From Kiritimatiellia bacterium (GTDB lineage Bacteria; Verrucomicrobiota; Kiritimatiellia; RFP12; JBMNHG01): a DNA stretch of 64,000 bases. The position numbers and the translations under genes were made by a program. The first letter of the stretch is position 1; each line of letters opens with the position of its first letter. The notes below the pieces were generated by a model that did no database searches, was not told the origin of the DNA, and saw only the letters and a program-made list of their open reading frames with translations. Of the stretch, positions 54,761-64,000 are shown piece by piece. The stretch is taken from contig JBMNHG010000011.1 of assembly GCA_050950285.1 (NCBI GenBank), forward strand, positions 310,001 to 374,000, read 5' to 3'.

Positions 54761-54831
54761 GGGCATCGTCGTGTCCGCCTCTTTTCGGGGCAATTCCCGG
54801 AAGCGTCAGGTAATCAAACAGGAGAAGTCGA

Positions 54832-55542
54832 ATGAAAAGGATAGCAGTGGCGATGTTCGCCGCGGGTATGGTTGCTCTGGCCCTTGGCCAGGGGGTCATT
54901 GAGGTTGAAGATGGAAAAATCACCAAGTGCAGGCATTGCGGCAAGGAAATTGAAAATACGGTTCGGAAGCTCAATGTCGCACCAGAGGATACTGGCAAGT
55001 ACCGAGTCGTTTACGACGTGGGCTCTTGCGCCGCGTGTGCAAAATCGGAGACTAAAAGTGGCGTCCGTCATATCTGTCTCAAATGCAAGTCCGAATATAT
55101 GGCGGATGCTCGGGCAGACCGCAGCTCAGGAAGAGTGATCGCGGATAAAACACTATGCGATGATTTCTGCCCGAAATGCGCGGGTGAGTTTGTCGACGAA
55201 ATGGACATTGCGATTTGCGCACGATGTGGCAAAGAAATGAAGTTACAGTGCCGGGGGCCAAGGGGACATATCCATGATTATAAAAATATCGCAGGGAAGG
55301 TCGAATATAAGGAAGACTGCGTGTTGCTCCATTCGGTTGAAGGGGATATCACCATTGAGTACCGCCTCGACTCCCGCGAGCCGCCTAAAACGGCAACCAT
55401 CAGAGGCGGTGACCTCCACTGCCGCTCTTGTGATAATCTGATGAAACGCGAGGCTACAGCCAAGAAGATAGGCGACGCAATTGGGGGCTTCGGCCGTGCG
55501 TTTGGAGAGGGTGTCCTGCAAGGGGTAAAGCGAAATGAATGA
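54832..55542 (+). CDS. Exported Cys-rich protein with six CxxC motifs
   Basis: AGGAG RBS; signal peptide; CRHC, CAAC, CLKC, CPKC, CARC, CRSC. Confidence 0.75.
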   Translation: MKRIAVAMFAAGMVALALGQGVIEVEDGKITKCRHCGKEIENTVRKLNVAPEDTGKYRVVYDVGSCAACAKSETKSGVRHICLKCKSEYMADARADRSSGRVIADKTLCDDFCPKCAGEFVDEMDIAICARCGKEMKLQCRGPRGHIHDYKNIAGKVEYKEDCVLLHSVEGDITIEYRLDSREPPKTATIRGGDLHCRSCDNLMKREATAKKIGDAIGGFGRAFGEGVLQGVKRNE

Positions 55543-55640
55543 TGGACACGCCGGATGACCAGAATTATAGGGCAAGCGCGGAAGCAAGCGACATTGGCCT
55601 GTGCATTGGCGGGCGCCTGGGACTTCAATCTTTTTGAAGT

Positions 55641-55731
55641 GACCCTTCAGGCCACCATGCCGCACTCTCCCGTACCCCGGGGCGGCGCTTCGCTTACCCC
55701 GGGCTATGGTGCGGCCGCCCCTTCAGGGCGC
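55641..55731. repeat. REP-like structured element (CCCTTCAGG...CCCGGGG-CGGCGCTTCGCTTA-CCCCGGG...CCCCTTCAGGG)
   Basis: Inverted CCCGGGG/CCCCGGG stem flanked by two CCCTTCAGG units. Confidence 0.6.
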
Positions 55732-55790
55732 TGACCCGCGATTGCTTAATGCAGGCGGGAGCAGAAATTTCCCGTGCAGGCGAAAATGCC

Positions 55791-55819
55791 TGAAAGAAAG
55801 GGTGTGGTTTTCGCGTACT
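55791..55819 (+). promoter_or_regulatory. Third ECF-like promoter TGAAAG-N17-CGTACT
   Basis: Same spacing and -10 as the two repeat-borne copies, in unrelated flanking sequence. Confidence 0.5.
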
Positions 55820-56061
55820 TGTAGTAGACCGATTTCGAACGGGTCGAAATCGCAGCAACAACAGAACGCGGAACAACTCCGCCAAGGAAAGGCAAGAACC
55901 ATGGAAAAGTGGAAAGAGGACAGGTGCCTGGCGCTGATTGAATGGCGGGCTGCGGCTCGGTCAATGCAGGTCGTCGGCGACCTGTTTTGACCGACGCGGC
56001 CCGGGCATCAGCCCGCGCCGGCGAGGGTTCATGCAACTATCGGCAAGGAAAGGGACGGGGA

Positions 56062-56604
56062 ATGAACGCGACATTGAAAGCGGCTGGCTCTGGTTTTGAG
56101 CATGGCAAGCGTCAGCCGGGACGCTTCAGCCCGGCGTTGAGCGTCGTGGTCGGCGCGGCCTTGCTGGCCGGGCTGTTTCTGTGCGCAGGGTGCGAGAGCG
56201 AATACGATGCCCCCGAGCAGCAGCACTCGCCGGAGACCGAAGAGGATACGCCCGCCGGATCGGCCTACGACAACGAGAGCGTCACGGTGTTCACAGGGCG
56301 CGTGATGAGCGAGGTGGGAGACGGCATTGGCGGCGTCAACGTAACCTGGTCGCCGGTGCAGTACAATAGCGGCGACTCCACACTCAACACCGACACGTCG
56401 GTCAGCGTCTCGTCCGACACCACGGGGCCGGACGGCTTCTTTGCCGTCTCGGTGGGCTGGGATAGCGATTACGGCTACGGCGCCATCGCCGGCCGGATCG
56501 TCATCACCCGCCCGGGCTACCCCGCGCAGGAGACCGGCACCATCGGCCCCACCACCGCCTCCTCCTGCTCCATCGGCGAACTCTATCCCGGCTGGATGCC
56601 GTGA
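56062..56604 (+). CDS. Lipoprotein with a carboxypeptidase-regulatory-like beta-sandwich
   Basis: Lipobox LCAGC; FTGRV...IGGVNV...TTGPDGFF...RPGY. Confidence 0.7.
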   Translation: MNATLKAAGSGFEHGKRQPGRFSPALSVVVGAALLAGLFLCAGCESEYDAPEQQHSPETEEDTPAGSAYDNESVTVFTGRVMSEVGDGIGGVNVTWSPVQYNSGDSTLNTDTSVSVSSDTTGPDGFFAVSVGWDSDYGYGAIAGRIVITRPGYPAQETGTIGPTTASSCSIGELYPGWMP

Positions 56605-56812
56605 AGGAAATGGGAACAGGGGATACGGGGAGGCGGGTAGGCTGAAGGGGCAGCATGGTAGATGCGGCGTCCCCGCCGCGTGATGGGATGGGGCTCAAGC
56701 GAAAGCCGCAGGGCAGGACTGCAAGCCCACAACTGCAAGACCATGCCACGCTTCATCGCTGCGACAAGCGGGACGCTTGCCCCACCTTTCGATTGCCGTC
56801 CCCGGCTGGCTG

Positions 56813-56915
56813 GCTGGAGGGACGACCTCCGTGTCGTCCGTCTGGGTTTTGCGAGCGCCACCGCGCCGCCTCCCATGAAAATTATTTACACGCTTTTGAA
56901 AGATTCATATTGTAC
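56813..56915 (+). repeat. 103-bp direct repeat, right copy
   Basis: Matches 24050-24152 with a few substitutions. Confidence 0.88.
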
Positions 56916-57080
56916 TATCCGTATCATAACTGTCTACTATCCCTATCCCGCCAGCCAGTAGCCAGCGCGACACTCCTGATACTGGCTGGCGGGGTGGGGT
57001 GGGAGGGGGCATTGCCTGCGGGTTGCCCACCTTCGCGAGGCAGGCTTGACAACACTGTTGGACGTGAAAGGAGAGTCGCT

Positions 57081-57554
57081 ATGGCGGCGAAGCAAAACAA
57101 GGCTATCAGCGAGCAATTGGCCGAATGGCGGCGAGAGCAATCGAAACGAAGCGTTGACGAACGAGTCGACGCAGCATTGGTTCACGGAACAAACAAAGAC
57201 ATTCGCCATCGGCTTGGCGTTTGGGGAGTGTTTTTGATTCTTGTTGGCATCGGGACGATCCTAACGTGGTACGACGTCTTGAGGGATCCATTCGTCAAAA
57301 ACTCGGTCATTCCTTGGTTGTTAATGGTATGGGGCGCTTTGACAATTGTTCTGGGTGTTGCGGACTTGAAAAGTTCGAATCCCAAGTTGCTTTTCCCAAC
57401 AGGGATAGCCACACTGATCAACGGCGTTTACTTGGTCGCAGGTCTGAACATGATATGGGGGCCTGTCATGCTTATTGTGGGGGCATTGATGCTGCGTGAC
57501 GCGTTCAAAGCACGGAAGCAGCAATGCGGCCAGCCAGAACAGAAGACGAGATGA
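57081..57554 (+). CDS. Small multi-pass membrane protein
   Basis: GAAAGGAG RBS; about four hydrophobic segments; lower GC than neighbours. Confidence 0.7.
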   Translation: MAAKQNKAISEQLAEWRREQSKRSVDERVDAALVHGTNKDIRHRLGVWGVFLILVGIGTILTWYDVLRDPFVKNSVIPWLLMVWGALTIVLGVADLKSSNPKLLFPTGIATLINGVYLVAGLNMIWGPVMLIVGALMLRDAFKARKQQCGQPEQKTR

Positions 57555-57651
57555 GTCCCAGGCAACCTCCGAGGGTACGCGCGGGCGGCCACCCCCCGGG
57601 GGGCCCGGTTCTCCGGTCTCCTCCGTCAAACACGGGGGGCAGGCTGCCCCC

Positions 57652-59214
57652 CTACATCCCCTCCCGATCCAAGAATCCGGCGTCAAAGCCGGGATGGCGG
57701 GCGGGATCCCAGCCGTAGCGCAGGGGTTCGCCCCGTGCATCCATCCCCCATTCCATCCCATCGTATTCACACGCCAGCACCTCGTTGCCGTTCTCGTCGA
57801 CCAGTCCCCATCGACCGGCGCGCCGGACGGGATGGAGTCCGTTCCATGGACGCCCCGAGGCCTCGAACCGCGCCTTCCATGGCCGGTCGGCATCGGCTTG
57901 GGCCGGGGTGTCGCCGGCAGCGGCACGCAAGGCGCCAGCACCGTCTGTCCATTCGTCGAGTTTGCCCTTCCACCTCTTGTGCACCGCAGGGGTTGCGTCG
58001 AGCAGGTGGACCTGGTCGCCGCGTTGTCCGGCCAATCCTGCCTCCCACGGCATCAGCCGCTCGTACTCGAATGGCACCAGCACCCGCCCCGAGGCCAGAT
58101 CAATGACGCCCCACTTGCCTTGTCGCATCGCGAGTGCATGGGCGTCGGACGCCGGGGCCAGCGAGACCAGGCGTTCATAGCGCGCCGTATCCCGGAATCC
58201 GCCGCGGGCGGGGTCGAGCAGGCCGGCGCGCCCCTCGCTCCACCCCGCCCAGCATCCCGGCGCCAGAGCCTCGATGCGCTCGTAGACGCAAGGCACCTGC
58301 TCCTGTCCGTTCGTGCCCACCAGCCCCCAGCGGCCCGCCGCGGACTGGGCCATCCACCAGTGGCCTGTGGCTGCCGGCGGCGGTTCGAGCGCGGCATAGC
58401 GCGGCGCGACGCAAAGGTGTCCGCCGACCGTCATCAACCCCCAGCGGTTCTCCTGGCGCACGCTGACCACGCCGCCGCATGGGACGCCGAAGTCGTCGAA
58501 ACGCGCCTCCGTAAGCAGTGCACCGTCGCGGTGCAGCAGGCCGCGCTTCCCCTTCAGACGGTAGTTCCAGATGCGCGGCTCGTCGGCAAACCACCAGAGG
58601 TCGTCGAACGCGGGTTTGGCCACCCAGGCGCCGTTCTCGTCGATCAGCCCCCAACGCCCGGACTCGGCGGCCGGCGCGCGTCCGCCGCGGAAGGGGCGCG
58701 CCTCGTCAAACTGCGGAGCGATCTTCACGGTGCCCGTGCGATCCATATAGCCCATGTGGCGCCCCTCGGCGATCAGCAGCAGCGGATCGTCCTGCCGGAG
58801 AAAGGCGCCGGCGCGGCTCGTGCGCCCCAGCAGCCGCCCCTCGCGATTCACGTACCCATAGGCGCCGTCCGCCAGGCCGACCACCGCCAGGCCGCGCTGG
58901 AAGCACGGCAGCGGTTGCTCCGGCAGGAGGTCGGCGAGGTTGCGCATCTCGGTGTCGGCGGGCAACGGGCGGGCCTGCTCGTCGAGAAACCTTCCGGACT
59001 GGGTGCCGCCGTATCGCTCCTGCACCCAGATGCGCCCCTCGCTCCAGCGGCCGGCCGCTTCGTAGCGCGGGGCGGCCAGCAGGCTGCCATCGCCCGCGAC
59101 AAACCCGGCCTTGCCGTCCCGGAACACCGGCCAGGGGTGGTCCGCCGGCGGTGCCGCCCGGCAGGCGCAGGCGAGGGCCAGCCAGAGTCCCGGCAAGGTC
59201 AACCGGTGCGTCAT
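57652..59214 (-). CDS. WG-repeat-containing exported protein
   Basis: Repeated WGLID.NG, MGYMDRTG..KIAPQFD.A.PF..G.A. Confidence 0.88.
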   Translation of the reverse strand: MTHRLTLPGLWLALACACRAAPPADHPWPVFRDGKAGFVAGDGSLLAAPRYEAAGRWSEGRIWVQERYGGTQSGRFLDEQARPLPADTEMRNLADLLPEQPLPCFQRGLAVVGLADGAYGYVNREGRLLGRTSRAGAFLRQDDPLLLIAEGRHMGYMDRTGTVKIAPQFDEARPFRGGRAPAAESGRWGLIDENGAWVAKPAFDDLWWFADEPRIWNYRLKGKRGLLHRDGALLTEARFDDFGVPCGGVVSVRQENRWGLMTVGGHLCVAPRYAALEPPPAATGHWWMAQSAAGRWGLVGTNGQEQVPCVYERIEALAPGCWAGWSEGRAGLLDPARGGFRDTARYERLVSLAPASDAHALAMRQGKWGVIDLASGRVLVPFEYERLMPWEAGLAGQRGDQVHLLDATPAVHKRWKGKLDEWTDGAGALRAAAGDTPAQADADRPWKARFEASGRPWNGLHPVRRAGRWGLVDENGNEVLACEYDGMEWGMDARGEPLRYGWDPARHPGFDAGFLDREGM

Positions 59215-61994
59215 GGCGCGATCCTCAAGCCTTGGAAGATCGCCTGGCGGACAATCTCCTCGATCCGTCGATAGCCGGGCGCCATGTAGTGGAGGCCGTC
59301 GTCGTCGCTGTCGTGGGGCACGTTTTCGATGTCGGCCACAATGAAGCGCGTATGGGGATTGTTGACGGTATGGGCGCGGACCAGGTTGTTGAACGCGCGC
59401 AGCTGCCGGTCGCGCGCGGTCGTGTAGTTGGCGTAGTCGCTTCGGATCCGGGTCAGCGTCATGGCCACGACCAGCGTTCGTCCGCGCCCCGCGCGCAGCG
59501 CCAGGATCTTGTCGAGGCCTATCTTCCAGTCGGCATAGATCTCATTTGCGCTGCGGTTCCGCGACAGGTCGTTGATCCCGATAAAGTAGAGCACGACCAG
59601 CTCGGCCGGCTCCGTGGTGACGGCCTTGACGGGGTAGGGGCGTGTCGGCTCGTCCAGCATGCCGTTGATATGGCCGGGGCGAGAACCGGGGTAGCCGCAG
59701 TGGTCGGGTCCGTGTCCGTTTGCCGGGTGGCCCACCCAGGGGATGGCGGTGGTGAGGTCGCTCCTGAGATAGCCGCGGTAGCCCTGGAAGGCGATGTCGT
59801 TCCAGTTGCCGTACAGCCTGTCCCACTCTTGCGGCGCGGGATAGCTCAACCAGGGGCTGTTCCATCGCGGCGTCTCTTCGGTGCCATCGCGGCGTCGGCG
59901 GAATCCGTAGGTCATCGAGTCGCCGATGGCGGCCACGGCGAGGCCGATCAGCCGCACCCGGTTCTGCACGGCAACCACGTTGCCGGAGGCTCCGCGCAAC
60001 ACATAATCGACCGTGACCGAGGTGCCCGCCGGCCAGGCCCCCTGCACGAGCAGCTCCATGTCCACCGCCGCGTCGGAAGCGCCGGGCAGGGCGATTTCCG
60101 ATCCCGCCGGCGCGGCGAAGCCGCCCATGCCGGGCAACTTGTAGCGGAGCCGCGCAGGCGCGCTGAAGCGGGCATGGCGGGTCAGGCCGGGCATGTTCCC
60201 GATGCCATGGAACCGCAGTTTCGCCGGCGGCACCGTTCCCGCGAAGGCCGCCGTATAGGAGGGCAGCACCAGGACGCCGGGATCCGCCAACTGCGCCCGA
60301 GGCACTTCCGCGACCCCCGCACCGCGACCGGCCGCCCAGGCATCGACACTCGTGGCGAGCGCCGGATCGATGACGGGCGTCGTGCCATCCGGCAGGACGC
60401 GCGACTGGATCCAGATCGTGGCCGTGCGTGACGTATCGAGCGGCGCAATCCCCGGCGGAACGAGGGCGCCGGACACATGGGTGCCGAGCAGGTCCTGCGG
60501 GTCTTCGATCGCCAGCGCCGTGCCGCCGGCGCCCTCGACCCGCGCCTCGTAGTCCGGATCGGCGAAGCCGTTGGCGGCGCGCACACTGCCAAGGTGGCCG
60601 AGGGAGACGCGATAGCGCGCACCGATCACGAGCGATAGCGTCTGCGTCTGCACCACGCCATAGGCGGTGTTCTGGAAGGTGAAGGAGCGCGTGTCGCCGG
60701 AGATGGCCTCGATGTGCATCTCGTAGGCCTCGGTGGCTCCATCCAGTCCGGGGTCGCCCAGTACGAAGTTGACGGGCGCCAGCAGGTTTTGCGAGGCCAC
60801 GCCGCCATCACCGATGGGATTGGCTCCCCTGGCGATCTCGCATGCATCGCTCCATCCGTCGCCGTCGCTGTCGGCCAGGCGCGGCCGGCTGCGGTGGAGA
60901 CGCTCCGCCAGGTTGGGGAGCCCGTCGCCGTCGCCATCGCCTTCCAGGCCATGGATGCCGGTGGCGTCGTAGGCCAGCAGGCGCGCGGCGACCTCGTAGC
61001 CGTCGCCCAGCATGTCGCCGTCGCTGTCCCAGTAGAAGGGGTCGAGCCGTCCGTAGAGAAACTCCGTCATCACATCGAGTCCGTCGCGGTCGACATCGCC
61101 GGGGTTGTCGGGCGTTGCCGGATCGAGCCTGTGTTCGGGGAGGCTGCCCGGACGGTGGGCATAGAAGAACTCGACGCCGTCGGGGATGCCGTCGCCGTCG
61201 CTGTCGGCGTTCGCGGGGGAGACACCATGTAGCGGAACCAGCAGCAGCGCCGCGCCGGGCGCGAGCTTGTCGCTGAAGCACCACCATCCGCGCTTGTCGC
61301 GCTGTGCGCCCAGCGTGCCCGCCGCCACGCCGCCCTGCCCATCCTCCAAATCGCGGTAGCGCCAGATCATCGAGCCGTCGCGGCGCAGCTCCGCCTGGAA
61401 GGAGATCCGCGAGTTGACCGCATTGCTAAGCCGGAGGTTTTCCCAGCCGATGACGAAGCGGTCGTCCGCAGGTGCCCCTGTCCAGACGCGGCCGCCTGCG
61501 GCCGGCTCGAGATAGAGCTGCTGCCAGAAGACGCCCAGAAAGGGGTAGGGGCCGGAAGAGGTCGCGGGCAGCGGGCGAGGCGCGGGAGAAGGCTGGCCTC
61601 TTTCGAACCCCAGCGTGCCGTTGACCCCTACCCAGATGCTGGTCCAGCTCCGGTCGCCCCATGGGAAGGCGAAGGGCAATGCAACCGGCTGCACGTCGTC
61701 ATCCACGCCGCACCAGTTCCACTCCGCGATTCCGCCGGTACCGGGATCGGCGACCCATTCGCGATCGGCGTCGCCGGTCGCGCCCCAGAGCACCAGGCCG
61801 ACGGCCTCCTCGTCGTCGGCGAGTCCATCCCAGTCCGTGTCGGTGCCGTTGAGATAGACCTGCCGCGAGATGTCATCCCAGGAACGCGCCCACGGCGGGC
61901 CGTGGATTTCTTCGGCCGGCAATAGCGCGGGACTCAGCGCCCGGGCGCCCAGCGCAAGGCAGATGCCGGAAAGGAGATGGAAACGCCTCTTCAT
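59211..61994 (-). CDS. Exported protein: nidogen-like domain, DxDGDG Ca-binding repeats, C-terminal SGNH/GDSL hydrolase
   Basis: LPFAFPW...VGVNG.LGF; DSDGDGIPDGVE repeats; IGDSMTYG, IGIND, DDGLH. Confidence 0.8.
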   Translation of the reverse strand: MKRRFHLLSGICLALGARALSPALLPAEEIHGPPWARSWDDISRQVYLNGTDTDWDGLADDEEAVGLVLWGATGDADREWVADPGTGGIAEWNWCGVDDDVQPVALPFAFPWGDRSWTSIWVGVNGTLGFERGQPSPAPRPLPATSSGPYPFLGVFWQQLYLEPAAGGRVWTGAPADDRFVIGWENLRLSNAVNSRISFQAELRRDGSMIWRYRDLEDGQGGVAAGTLGAQRDKRGWWCFSDKLAPGAALLLVPLHGVSPANADSDGDGIPDGVEFFYAHRPGSLPEHRLDPATPDNPGDVDRDGLDVMTEFLYGRLDPFYWDSDGDMLGDGYEVAARLLAYDATGIHGLEGDGDGDGLPNLAERLHRSRPRLADSDGDGWSDACEIARGANPIGDGGVASQNLLAPVNFVLGDPGLDGATEAYEMHIEAISGDTRSFTFQNTAYGVVQTQTLSLVIGARYRVSLGHLGSVRAANGFADPDYEARVEGAGGTALAIEDPQDLLGTHVSGALVPPGIAPLDTSRTATIWIQSRVLPDGTTPVIDPALATSVDAWAAGRGAGVAEVPRAQLADPGVLVLPSYTAAFAGTVPPAKLRFHGIGNMPGLTRHARFSAPARLRYKLPGMGGFAAPAGSEIALPGASDAAVDMELLVQGAWPAGTSVTVDYVLRGASGNVVAVQNRVRLIGLAVAAIGDSMTYGFRRRRDGTEETPRWNSPWLSYPAPQEWDRLYGNWNDIAFQGYRGYLRSDLTTAIPWVGHPANGHGPDHCGYPGSRPGHINGMLDEPTRPYPVKAVTTEPAELVVLYFIGINDLSRNRSANEIYADWKIGLDKILALRAGRGRTLVVAMTLTRIRSDYANYTTARDRQLRAFNNLVRAHTVNNPHTRFIVADIENVPHDSDDDGLHYMAPGYRRIEEIVRQAIFQGLRIAP

Positions 61995-62728
61995 TTGATC
62001 ATCAAGATGCTGTGGCCCGCATGTTCGAGCGAGAGATCCAGCAGTTCGGCGCGCTCCCCGCGCGTTTCGATGCGCACCAGTTCCCATGCGGTGGCGGTGG
62101 CGGCGTCGGACGGCGGCGTGTGCCATCCGGGATCGACGTCGGCCAATTCCGCCGGAGCACGCCAGCCGCCGGCATCCTCCACCTTGGCGTGCAGGAGGTG
62201 GCCGTCGGGATCCATCCGCACGATGATGCGGCAGGGGCCGCCATCGGGCGGCAGCTGCGCCGGCGCCCAGACGGGCGCGTCCATGGCGTTGCCGCGCAGC
62301 CCCCAGCGTCCGCGGTCGAGTCCGACCATCAGGCGGGACTCCACTCCGTCCAGGATGCCGTTGGTCTCGATGTTGTCGGCGCCGAAGGCGGCCCATACGG
62401 CCTGGTCGGGCCAGCCGCGCACCGTCATGACCAGCCGCACGGCGCGATTGTCGCCCGCGCCTGGAGCCTCGAAGTCGCAGCGATGATGCGACAGCACATG
62501 GTGCGCCTGCGTATTGCGCAGGCTTCCACGGGCGATCGCGACGCTGTCGAAGACGCCCGGCAGACGCCACTCCGCGAGTTCGCGCAGCGGCACGTGGACG
62601 TCCTGTGCCGGCCACGGCAGCTGCCAGCTGTCGGCATGCAGCGCGCCGGCCAGCGACAGCACGCCCAGCAGACTGGCCGCGAGCAGCGTGGCGCGGTGCC
62701 GCGGGGGAAGGTTGTCAGTTGACCACAT
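61991..62728 (-). CDS. Exported hypothetical protein
   Basis: Signal peptide ending LHA; ATGA overlap with the next gene. Confidence 0.65.
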   Translation of the reverse strand: MWSTDNLPPRHRATLLAASLLGVLSLAGALHADSWQLPWPAQDVHVPLRELAEWRLPGVFDSVAIARGSLRNTQAHHVLSHHRCDFEAPGAGDNRAVRLVMTVRGWPDQAVWAAFGADNIETNGILDGVESRLMVGLDRGRWGLRGNAMDAPVWAPAQLPPDGGPCRIIVRMDPDGHLLHAKVEDAGGWRAPAELADVDPGWHTPPSDAATATAWELVRIETRGERAELLDLSLEHAGHSILMIK

Positions 62729-62820
62729 CGCGCTTTACGATAGTGGAAAACACATGGATGAGCAAGCGTATCGTAGCCCGTATCGCCGACTGCGGCCGAC
62801 CGCGGGCTTTCCTCCGGGCG

Positions 62821-62850
62821 TTGACAATCGTGGGGGCGCCCTGCTACGTT
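62821..62850 (+). promoter_or_regulatory. Sigma70-like promoter TTGACA-N18-TACGTT with TG extension
   Basis: Consensus -35 upstream of the VIT1 gene. Confidence 0.45.
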
Positions 62851-62997
62851 TCCATGGCGCAATTTTGCACTGGCTTCCCCGGGTGCCGCGACGGGCGCTG
62901 ATGAAGGGAAAGGCCGTCAGGACATCGCCCCGGTGCGGTTGTCCGCGCCGGCAATGCCGTGTGCCGGCCGCAGGCCGAGAAGAGGAGAAGAAACGAC

Positions 62998-63861
62998 ATG
63001 GACGAACGTGTGCGCGCCATCCTCCGGAAGCATCAGCTTTCGGAAATCACGGAACACCACATCTACCTCCAGTTGGCGGCCCGCCAGAAGGATGCCGGCA
63101 ACCGCGCCGTCCTGGAGCGGATCGCGGCCGACGAAAAACGGCACGCCGCGATCTGGCAGCGATATACCGGCGAGGCGATCGCCCCCGACCGGGGCAAGGT
63201 CCGGCGTTACGTCTGGATCTGCCGCCTGTTCGGCCTCGCCTTCGGCACCAAGCTCATGGAGCGCGGCGAGAACCGTGCCCAGCGGGCCTATGGGAAACTC
63301 CCGGCGTCCATTCGCGAGGCGGAGGCGATCCGGCACGACGAGGATGTCCACGAGCAGGCCCTGCTGAACATGATCGACGAGGAGCGGCTGCGGTACATCG
63401 GTTCCATCGTGCTGGGCCTGAACGATGCGCTGGTCGAATTGACCGGCGCGCTGGCCGGCCTGACACTGGCGCTGCGCAGCACGCGGCTGATCGCGATGAC
63501 CGGCAGCATCACCGGAATCGCGGCCGCCCTTTCGATGGCCGCCTCGGAATACCTCTCGACCAAGACCGAGGGCGGGCAAAAGCATCCGGTCAAGGCGGCC
63601 GTCTATACCGGGGTCGCCTACATCCTGACCGTGGCGCTGCTGATCCTGCCCTACCTGCTGCTGTCGAACTATCTGATTGCTCTGGGCTGCACGCTGGCGA
63701 TCGCGCTGGCGATCATCGCCGCGTTCAACTGCTACATTTCCGTGGCCCAGGACCAGCCCTTCGGACGTCGCTTTGCGGAAATGGCGACGCTGAGTCTCAG
63801 CGTGGCCGCCATCAGCTTCCTGGTCGGCTTCCTGCTGCGCGGCCTCGGCGTGGAAAGCTGA
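62998..63861 (+). CDS. VIT1/CCC1-family Fe/Mn transporter with an N-terminal ferritin/rubrerythrin-like domain
   Basis: EITEHHIY..LA, DEKRH, DEDVHE; LGLNDALVELTG, AALSMAASEYLS; GAGGAG RBS. Confidence 0.9.
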   Translation: MDERVRAILRKHQLSEITEHHIYLQLAARQKDAGNRAVLERIAADEKRHAAIWQRYTGEAIAPDRGKVRRYVWICRLFGLAFGTKLMERGENRAQRAYGKLPASIREAEAIRHDEDVHEQALLNMIDEERLRYIGSIVLGLNDALVELTGALAGLTLALRSTRLIAMTGSITGIAAALSMAASEYLSTKTEGGQKHPVKAAVYTGVAYILTVALLILPYLLLSNYLIALGCTLAIALAIIAAFNCYISVAQDQPFGRRFAEMATLSLSVAAISFLVGFLLRGLGVES

Positions 63862-64000
63862 GTGTTGGGTTGGTTGCGCGGACCAGGGAGGGCGGCAGGA
63901 ACCCCGCGTCTTCCCGTCCGTCCTGTTATCCGAGGCGATTCCCTTCACTGGGCGCACCGTCTGGGCTTCTTGCGGTCGAGGCAGACCGGACTTTCCCGAT

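Noticed and set aside
52860..57554. Integron cassette array
   Set aside because: The repeats lack attC-type RYYYAAC/GTTRRRY ends, and no integrase is present.
62851..62997. Metal-sensing riboswitch in the leader of the VIT1 gene
   Set aside because: The leader is GC-rich and could fold, but I cannot see yybP-ykoY or NiCo consensus motifs. An Rfam/Infernal search would be needed.

Overview
GC-rich bacterial sequence. The C-terminal domains of the secreted proteins suggest the PVC superphylum (Kiritimatiellia/Lentisphaerae-like); this is inference. Many single-base frameshifts fall in otherwise intact genes, most likely long-read consensus errors. The left arm (1-24 kb) has ppk1, a group III pfk, a large SNF2 helicase, a lower-GC HEAT-repeat gene followed by a permuted NlpC/P60 multidomain surface protein, a DUF2157/GDYXXLXY pair, DUF432-like + MscS, a lipoprotein, rtcB, a DUF3592 protein, a macrodomain protein and a BspA-type LRR protein. 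It also carries three copies of a 150-bp MITE with 15-bp terminal inverted repeats. The centre (24.05-56.9 kb) is a ~32.7-kb block bracketed by a 103-bp direct repeat. It contains an XRE regulator behind a C18(AC)7 tract, a truncated IS1634, and a TpsB (ShlB/FhaC) transporter with a ~540-aa Ala/Lys helical extension. A ~2900-aa TpsA follows, then, on the same strand, a trans-membrane phosphosignalling cluster: paralogous exported domains, TM-FHA, PP2C-TM, and a Hanks kinase with eukaryote-like type I receptor topology. Repeat-rich exported proteins and small genes behind repeated ECF-like promoters close the block. The right arm has a WG-repeat / SGNH-hydrolase / exported protein operon and a ferritin-like VIT1/CCC1 transporter. 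The best candidate for an undescribed system is the two-partner secretion locus coupled to the receptor-topology kinase/PP2C/FHA module.
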